Source: Acidimicrobiia bacterium
GTDB taxonomy: Bacteria; Actinomycetota; Acidimicrobiia; Spongiisociales; UBA11373
NCBI GenBank assembly: GCA_040878325.1
Contig: JBBDMM010000018.1
Coordinates: 83,083 to 147,082, forward strand
Length of the DNA: 64,000 nt
Direction of reading: 5' to 3'
A model generated the notes under the pieces. It saw nothing but the letters and a program-made list of their open reading frames with translations, had not been told where the DNA came from and searched no databases. This document shows positions 58,141 through 64,000 of this stretch, piece by piece (positions within the stretch are counted from its first letter, which is position 1; each line of letters opens with the position of its first letter). A program made the translations under genes and the position numbers.

Positions 58141-58794
58141 ATGGATCGCACTGAGCGGCGTTCTCGTTCCGACCATGTCCTCGCTGGGTACGCCAGCGGA
58201 CCTGGGGCGACGAGCCGTGAGCGGGACGCCGCACTCGCTCGCTCCGAGAGCGCTCGCATGGTCATCCTCGTCGAGGGGATCAGCGATCTGATGGCTCTCG
58301 ATGCCGTCGCCCAGCGCCAGGGGCGCGACCTGGTGCAAGAGGGCATCGTCGTCCTACCCGTTGGGGGCGCACACGCTTTCGGGCGGCACCTCGAACTGCT
58401 TGGCGATCATCAAATCGGGCTGAGGTGCCTCGTCGATGAAGCCGAGGAGGCCATCGTTCGGGCTGCGACCACTGCGACTGCAGGGGTCGGGGGCGCCACG
58501 AGTCCAGTTGGGGAGCGCATCGACATGTTCGTGTGTGTCGAGGACCTGGAGCACGAACTGATCCGAGCGGTGACACCGTCGAGGGTCGGGGCGATCCTGG
58601 AGCGGGAAGCAGATCTCGGGTCGTTCCGGATTCTCCAGAAGCAGCCGGCGTGGCGTGACGGTGATTTGGTGGCGCAGCTGCGTCGATTCCTGGGAGCCGG
58701 CGCCCGCCGCAAACTCCGCTACGCCCGGCTTCTGGCTCTCGAGCTCGAACTCGGGGACGTCCCTCGTCCACTTGCCGGCGCGCTGGAGGTCTGA
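58141..58794 (+). CDS. Stand-alone TOPRIM-domain protein (OLD/RNase M5-like nuclease fold, no ATPase domain)
   Basis: MVILVEGISDLMALD (catalytic Glu), ...VVLPVGG..., acidic CVEDLEHE. The start is ATG 58141 or 58258. Confidence 0.5.
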   Translation: MDRTERRSRSDHVLAGYASGPGATSRERDAALARSESARMVILVEGISDLMALDAVAQRQGRDLVQEGIVVLPVGGAHAFGRHLELLGDHQIGLRCLVDEAEEAIVRAATTATAGVGGATSPVGERIDMFVCVEDLEHELIRAVTPSRVGAILEREADLGSFRILQKQPAWRDGDLVAQLRRFLGAGARRKLRYARLLALELELGDVPRPLAGALEV

Positions 58795-58987
58795 TTACTA
58801 GTCCGTCGGGCCTGGACTGTCGTCGGCTAGGGTTCGCTCTCGATCCGGGCCTGCCGTCGCCCGGGGAAGGGAGGCCAAAATGAGCACGCTCCTATTCATC
58901 GCTCCTTCGCCGCTTCCCGACTTGTTCGTCTGACACTCACTTTCGATCTCCTCGGGATGCGGCTCACGCCCATCCAAAGGAGACCTC

Positions 58988-59740
58988 TTGTCCGACGACC
59001 CGTCTGAGTATTTCATCGACGAGCTGTACATCAGCTCGGTTATCCGACCCATCAAGAGCGGCAAGGAAGCAAACGTGTTGTTGTGCCGCGCCAACGCCGA
59101 TCTCGCCGGCGCCGACCTCGCCGCCCTCAAGGTCTATGTTCCGTCGGACAATCGGGACTTCCGCCACGACGCCGTATACCGCGCCGGGGAGTGGATTCCT
59201 GACGCCCGCGCCCGTCGCGCCATGGACACGAAGACCCGTTTCGGCAGGAAGGTCCAGGCCGGCACCTGGGTGGACCGCGAGTGGCAGGCCATGAGTCGCC
59301 TCCACGCCGCGGGCGTTTCCGTTCCGAGACCGATCGCCAGAAGCGACGACGCCATCCTCATGGCCTATGTGGGCGACGAGGACGGACCCGCCCCGCTCCT
59401 GCGGGCGTATCGGCCGGTGGACCCGGGCGCGGCCGAACTCCTGCTCGATCAGGTGCTCGCTGCCGCGCGATCGATGCTGCGCCTCGGCATCGTCCACGCC
59501 GACCTGTCCCCCTACAACGTCCTGGTGTGGGAGGGTCGAGCCGTCGTGATCGACCTCCCCCAGGCGGTGGACCCATCACAGAACCCGGAGGCCGATGAGC
59601 TCTTCCGCCGGGATATCGCCCGAATCTGCACTTGGGCGGCTCGCCACGGCGTGGCTCGTGATGCCCGTGAGGTCGCCGCCGACCTGTGGGAGTCGTGGCG
59701 ATACGCGGAGAGCATCCCGGAGGACCTGCGCTGGCCGTGA
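58988..59740 (+). CDS. RIO1-family atypical serine protein kinase
   Basis: KSGKEANVLLC, LKVY, MAYVGDEDGPAPLL, LGIVHADLSPYNVLV, VIDLPQAVD. TTG start with an AAGGAG RBS. Confidence 0.8.
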   Translation: MSDDPSEYFIDELYISSVIRPIKSGKEANVLLCRANADLAGADLAALKVYVPSDNRDFRHDAVYRAGEWIPDARARRAMDTKTRFGRKVQAGTWVDREWQAMSRLHAAGVSVPRPIARSDDAILMAYVGDEDGPAPLLRAYRPVDPGAAELLLDQVLAAARSMLRLGIVHADLSPYNVLVWEGRAVVIDLPQAVDPSQNPEADELFRRDIARICTWAARHGVARDAREVAADLWESWRYAESIPEDLRWP

Positions 59741-59817
59741 GATGGTGGACTGAGCCTGACCCCAAGCGCCCAGAAACGGGTGTACGCGGCGCGCCGGTCG
59801 CCGCGTAGTCTCACGCC

Positions 59818-60207
59818 GTGGCTATTCGCCTCGATCACACCATCCTCGAGGTCGACGACCTGGCCGAGTCGCTCGCGTTCTATCGAGATGTCGTTGGGTT
59901 GGCCCACGGGGGAACGAATGGTCCCTTCGAGGTCATGCTCGTCACTGCTGACCTGGCGATCGATCTCTACGAGGGCCCCGTCGACTCGTCCCGCCACCTG
60001 GCCTTCGGCATGGATCGCGACACCTTCGATGCCACCTTCGAGCGGATCCGGGCTGCCGGCATCACATTCGGCAATGGGCCGAGCAAGGCGAGCAACATGA
60101 AGGGACCGGGCCGATCCTCCGGGGTACACGGGGCGACCGCGTCCGTGTACTTCGAGGACCCCAACGGGCACATGCTCGAGATCCTCACCTACGACCTGGG
60201 GTCCTGA
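59818..60207 (+). CDS. VOC/glyoxalase-bleomycin resistance family protein
   Basis: IRLDHTILEVDDLAESLAFYRDVVG...HLAFG...YFEDPNGHMLEI. Confidence 0.8.
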   Translation: MAIRLDHTILEVDDLAESLAFYRDVVGLAHGGTNGPFEVMLVTADLAIDLYEGPVDSSRHLAFGMDRDTFDATFERIRAAGITFGNGPSKASNMKGPGRSSGVHGATASVYFEDPNGHMLEILTYDLGS

Positions 60208-60289
60208 ACCCGGCCCGGGTCACCCCGACCAGCATCGCCCGGCGCGTGTAGCCTCGGCTGCTAGCAGCCTCAGCAGAGAGGGGATCGGA

Positions 60290-60721
60290 ATGACTTCCGA
60301 CGCAACACCACCCGCACCACCCCCGGCGAGTTCGGGCGGGGGCTCGGGCGGCATGGATTTCTCGAGCCTGAGTCAGGGTGAGAAGCTCGTCGGTCTCGGC
60401 GCGCTGGCGGTGATCGCGGTGTATGTGATCTTCGAGTTGATCACCGAGGACTACTTCGTCAACTACATCGCGATCCTGCTCGCAGCCTTCATCCTCGGCG
60501 TCTTGTGGATGAAGCTGCAGCGCCCGGGCACGAGGTTGGCCGTGCCGCCGTCATCGTTGCTGCGCGTATCCGGCTATCTGCTCCTCGTGTTCGGTGTGGT
60601 CCTGTTCATCGACCAACTCAAGGATGACATCTTCGACGCACCGGGAGCGACCGTCGCGGCCGCGTTGATCCTGTACGGAGCATGCGCCCTTGCGGGCTAC
60701 GGGGCCAAGCAGCTCGACTAG
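60290..60721 (+). CDS. Hypothetical membrane protein (Pro/Gly-rich N-terminus, 4 TM helices)
   Basis: GAGGGG RBS and hydrophobic helices. Confidence 0.55.
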   Translation: MTSDATPPAPPPASSGGGSGGMDFSSLSQGEKLVGLGALAVIAVYVIFELITEDYFVNYIAILLAAFILGVLWMKLQRPGTRLAVPPSSLLRVSGYLLLVFGVVLFIDQLKDDIFDAPGATVAAALILYGACALAGYGAKQLD

Positions 60722-61085
60722 AGAGGTCTGGCAGCGGGTCGTCTTCCCCTGACCCCGCGACGCCCGCGCGAATAGCGTTGCGGGAGCAGGCTTCGAAGCA
60801 CGCCGGACCGAACTGGTCGAACGACCGGGTACGATCAGCCCTCCGTTCGATCAAGGAGCCGCGCCTGTCCACCTCTCATCTCTGTAGCGGCAAATGGCGT
60901 CCCGGGCCGGTCAAGGACTGCCCGAAGCACACGCGCCTCAGCAAGAAGCAGAAGTCGGTGTACCGCAGCGCCGACCAGCAGCCGGGCGGATCGTCGGGCT
61001 CAGACGCTGGCAAGTCGTCGAGTTCAGGTTCCAAGGACTGATTGTCAGGCCTTGATCATCCTTCGGTGACGATACCGACTGACCC

Positions 61086-62096
61086 TCAGACCTCGATGAC
61101 CACGTTGCCGACCTTTTGGCCCGTCTCCACGAAGCGGTAGGCCTCGACGATTTGGTCGAGGGGATAGGTGCGGTCGATCACCGGCTTGAAGGTGCCGGAG
61201 AGGATCTGCTCGCGTAGCCATTGCAGGGTCTCGGTGTCGAGGCTCGGGCCGCCGAACCTCTGGCGGCGGCCGCGGAACAGCTTGGTGATCCCCGCCAAGA
61301 TCAGCCACCAGGCGAACACCGGGACGAACATGAACGGCGCGTGGAGCAGCGGGCGGTCGGTTGCCACATAGATGCCCTTCGGCTTCAACAGGTGCCGGCA
61401 CTTGAGGAACGAATACTTTCCCACCGCGTCGTAGACGACGTCGTATCGCTCGCGGTCCTTGGTGAAGTCCTCGGTTTGGTAGTCGATCACCCGGTCGGCT
61501 CCCAGTGTCTTGACCAGCTCGAGGTTCGCCGTGCCGCACACCGCGGTCACCTTCGCCCCTTTGGCCTTCGCCAGTTGCACCGCCGCCGAGCCGATCGCCC
61601 CGGTAGCGCCGTAGATCAGGATCGAGTCACCCGCCTTCAGGTTGGTGGCGTGGATCATGCTCACCGCGTAGTGCGACCCCTCGGTGCTCGGCGCCGCCTC
61701 GACGTAGCTCCGGCCCTCCGGGATCGGCATCGTCAGCGGGCGGCCCGCTTTCACGGTCATGTACTCGGCATGGGCGCCGAAGGTGCCCTCGCACCACCCC
61801 ATTATTCGGTCACCCGCCTGGAACGCGGTGACATCCTTACCCATCCCCACCACGTCACCGGCGAACTCAGTGCCGAGGATCGGCCTCTTGGGCCGGCGAA
61901 GGCCACTGAAGAACCGGATGACAAACGGGCTTGCCGCCCGGTAGCCACAGTCGGTCCGATTCACGGTGGTGGCCCGCACTCGCACCAGCAACTCGTCGTC
62001 CTGCGGGGCCGGGACGGCGACCTGTTCGATCCGCACTCGGTCGATCGGGCCGTAGCGGCGGCACACGGCTGCCTTCATCATGGCTGCGGGGGTCAT
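61086..62096 (-). CDS. Zinc-type/MDR NAD(P)-dependent alcohol dehydrogenase / quinone oxidoreductase
   Basis: MKAAVCRRYGP..., and the GATGAIGSAAVQLAKAKGAKV Rossmann motif. GAGGAAAG RBS before ATG 62096. Confidence 0.85.
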   Translation of the reverse strand: MTPAAMMKAAVCRRYGPIDRVRIEQVAVPAPQDDELLVRVRATTVNRTDCGYRAASPFVIRFFSGLRRPKRPILGTEFAGDVVGMGKDVTAFQAGDRIMGWCEGTFGAHAEYMTVKAGRPLTMPIPEGRSYVEAAPSTEGSHYAVSMIHATNLKAGDSILIYGATGAIGSAAVQLAKAKGAKVTAVCGTANLELVKTLGADRVIDYQTEDFTKDRERYDVVYDAVGKYSFLKCRHLLKPKGIYVATDRPLLHAPFMFVPVFAWWLILAGITKLFRGRRQRFGGPSLDTETLQWLREQILSGTFKPVIDRTYPLDQIVEAYRFVETGQKVGNVVIEV

Positions 62097-62152
62097 CGTT
62101 CTTTCCTCACTCTGGCTCAGTTCGGTGGGGCGATTCGAGGGAGAGCCCATCG

Positions 62153-62341
62153 TCAGCGCAGCTCCCTGAAGAACCGGATGAGAAACGGCTTCCCGCTCCG
62201 GTCGATGTCGATCGAGTCGATGGGTCTCTTGGCGGCCGGTGCCCGGTTGGTGCCGGCGGTAGTCGGTTCTGCTCTCTGGAAAACGATCACGTCAGGTGGT
62301 CCAGCCACCATGACTACTGCTGCCACTACTCGAGTTGTCAT
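62153..62341 (-). pseudogene. Truncated N-terminal fragment of a paralogous MDR dehydrogenase (about 62 codons ending ...FLIRFFRELR*)
   Basis: ctgaagaaccggatgagaaacgg... parallels ctgaagaaccggatgacaaacgg... at 61900-61945 within the intact gene. The encoded peptide aligns to the N-terminus (..PFVIRFFSGLR). Confidence 0.4.
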
Positions 62342-62344
62342 GTC

Positions 62345-63085
62345 CTAATTCCTCTCTGTGGTCGTCCGGTGGATCGGGCCGCCGTCGCGCCAAGCCTTGC
62401 CTGCTTTGAACAACTCGGGCGGTCGGCCGCCTTCAGGGCCGGGGCGTGCGCGGCGGCCGGTGGGGATCACCCAGCCTTCTTCGCCGAGGACGGCGCGTCG
62501 GAAGTTGGCGGCGTCGAGTTGGACGCCCCAGATGGCCTCGTATACGGCGCGGAGTTCGGCGATCGTGAAAATCGTCCCGACGAAAGCGGTGGCGATGCCG
62601 GACGTCTCGAGTTCGACGCGAGCCCGGTCGATGGCGTCGTGGAGTATGCGGAGGTGGTCGAACGCCAGCTCGATTTCCTCGTTGAGTACCTGCGACACCG
62701 GCACCAGGGCGGCGTCGGCGGCGTCGGATCCGGCCACCACCGCGCCCACATCGCGCAGTACTGCCAGGTAGCCGACGGTCACCACATTCATCCGCGGGTC
62801 GCGGCCGGGGTCGCCGTAGGCGCCGAACTGGGTGAGCAAGCGAGCGGCGTCGACACCGGTCTCCTCGGAGAGTTCCCGCTTTGCCGCTTCGTCCAAGGTC
62901 TCGTGCGGGCGCTTGAATCCGCCGGGGATGGCCCACATTCCCTCGAAGGGGTCCTCGCCGCGTCGAATGAGCAGTACCTGCAGCCCACTGTGGTTCATCG
63001 TGAGGATCACGATGTCGACGGTGACGGCGAACGGGGGAAAGTTCGAGGGGTCGTATCCGACCGGGGGATCAGTTCGTGTCGTCAT
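62345..63085 (-). CDS. Nudix hydrolase with C-terminal winged-helix domain (NrtR-like)
   Basis: Nudix box GGFKRPHETLDEAAKRELSEETG. C-terminus FTIAELRAVYEAIWG...ANFRRAV as in NrtR. ATG 63085 or 63097. Confidence 0.7.
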   Translation of the reverse strand: MTTRTDPPVGYDPSNFPPFAVTVDIVILTMNHSGLQVLLIRRGEDPFEGMWAIPGGFKRPHETLDEAAKRELSEETGVDAARLLTQFGAYGDPGRDPRMNVVTVGYLAVLRDVGAVVAGSDAADAALVPVSQVLNEEIELAFDHLRILHDAIDRARVELETSGIATAFVGTIFTIAELRAVYEAIWGVQLDAANFRRAVLGEEGWVIPTGRRARPGPEGGRPPELFKAGKAWRDGGPIHRTTTERN

Positions 63086-63190
63086 GACTGGAACCATATC
63101 ACATGGTTATGGTCGTGTCGACTAGAACATTTACGAGAGGCGATGGGCGAATCGAGAAGGGGATTGGCAATCGAGGTCTTGAAGTCGTCA

Positions 63191-63290
63191 GAGTGCTCGC
63201 AGGGTCAGCTGCCCCCTCCGCCTCGCTTCGCTTCGGCACCTCCCCCGCCCCAGGCGGCAGGGGAGGACCCTGGCCTCCCTCAACCGTCCA
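63191..63290. repeat. Copy 5 of the ~95-nt GC-rich hairpin element (- orientation), 3' of the ABC ATPase gene
   Basis: Its reverse complement contains ggaggtgccgaagcgaagcgaggcggagggggcag, matching the 25384 copy. Confidence 0.55.
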
Positions 63291-64000
63291 ACAGGGCGAA
63301 TGCCTCCGGGGGGACTTCGAGCCGGACCACCTGGCCGGGGGTGATTGGTTGGTGATGGGGTACCCGGATGGTGCCGCCGGTCACGCTGACCGCGATCAGG
63401 TAACCGGGGCCTTCGAATACCGAGTCCTCGACCACGCCTTCGGTGGTTCCGTCGGGGGCGATGCGGACCGCCTCTTCGCGGATCACCGCGCGGGCGTGGC
63501 GGCCCTCGCCGTGGCCCAGTCGAACTCCGTCGCGGCCCACCGTCACGTCGGCGATAGTCGAGAGGCCGAGGAGGCGGGCGGCGGCTTCGGTGCCGGGGGC
63601 CCGCCACAGGCGCTCGGGGGTGCCGACCCGGGCGATCGTGCCGCCTTCGAGGAGGGCGATCCGGTCGGCGACGGCGAAGGCCTCATCGGGGTCGTGGGTG
63701 ACATGGAGGGCGGGGATACCGGCCGAGCGGAGGGCGGCGCGCAGGTCGCCGGCCAGTTCGCGGCGGAAGGCTCGGTCGAGGGAGCCGAGCGGCTCGTCCA
63801 TCAGCAGCAGCCGGGGGCGGGCGGCGAGCGCACGGGCCACTGCCACTCGCTGTGCCTGGCCTCCCGAGAGTTCGCCCACCCGGCGCCGCTCGTACCCGCC
63901 GAGGCCCACCCGCTCCAGCTCTTCGACCACCCGGGCTCGTCGCTGCGGCGCGGGCAGGTCGGCGATCCCGAAGGCGACGTTGGCGGCGACGTCGAGATGC
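63280..64000 (-). CDS. ABC transporter ATP-binding protein, C-terminal part with TOBE-like domain (5' end outside window)
   Basis: LSGGQAQRVAVARALAARPRLLLMDEPLGSLD (signature/Walker B), and the H-loop HVTHD. Confidence 0.8.
   Translation of the reverse strand, partial: HLDVAANVAFGIADLPAPQRRARVVEELERVGLGGYERRRVGELSGGQAQRVAVARALAARPRLLLMDEPLGSLDRAFRRELAGDLRAALRSAGIPALHVTHDPDEAFAVADRIALLEGGTIARVGTPERLWRAPGTEAAARLLGLSTIADVTVGRDGVRLGHGEGRHARAVIREEAVRIAPDGTTEGVVEDSVFEGPGYLIAVSVTGGTIRVPHHQPITPGQVVRLEVPPEAFALLDG

Noticed and set aside
58798-59130. 110-aa - strand ORF between the TOPRIM and RIO genes
   Set aside because: It is antisense to the RIO kinase 5' end and to the uORF spacer. It shows no conservation pattern or RBS.
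60682-61041. 119-aa ORF with a Ser/Gly-rich tail between the membrane protein and the dehydrogenase
   Set aside because: It overlaps the 3' end of the preceding gene. It has low-complexity composition and no RBS or domain signal. It is probably non-coding 3' flank.

Overview
High-GC (about 70%) actinobacterial-type chromosomal segment. The left two-thirds is a conserved housekeeping backbone on the + strand: trmD (3' end), rplS, lepB, DUF2469, yraN, an enoyl-CoA hydratase, comM/yifB, dprA, xerC, a whiG/fliA-type sigma factor, rpsB, tsf, pyrH, frr, cdsA, dxr, an rseP-like M50 protease, ispG, proS, rimP, nusA, infB, DUF503, rbfA, nrnA, truB, ribF, rpsO and pnp. A small cysM-tusA-dsrE sulfur-trafficking operon lies on the - strand between ispG and proS. 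The right third is accessory-like: a LexA-box-controlled imuA'-imuB mutasome cassette, recQ, an MFS transporter fused to a cNMP-binding domain, VapBC and MazEF-like TA pairs, a NERD protein, an ECF sigma/anti-sigma pair, a methyltransferase, plsC, AlkZ/YcaQ, an arsR-arsP-trx-acr3 organoarsenical island with a DUF3524 glycosyltransferase, SDR, MTHFS, phosphomutase, ybaK, an aminotransferase, a LipJ-like hydrolase-cyclase fusion, a stand-alone TOPRIM protein, a RIO kinase, a glyoxalase, an MDR dehydrogenase, an NrtR-like Nudix protein and a partial ABC ATPase. The most unusual signals lie outside the coding regions. Nearly every intergenic spacer consists of tracts of degenerate repeats phased at 7 nt. 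Some of these spacers also carry copies of a ~95-nt GC-rich multi-hairpin element; there are 5 copies, each immediately 3' of a gene in the gene's orientation. Other notable items are the cysM-tusA-dsrE operon with a long structured leader, CdsA carrying a ~590-aa acidic N-terminal extension with 48-bp tandem repeats, and duplicated gene fragments (ybaK, MDR dehydrogenase) that mark rearrangement junctions. No rRNA, tRNA or CRISPR array was found.
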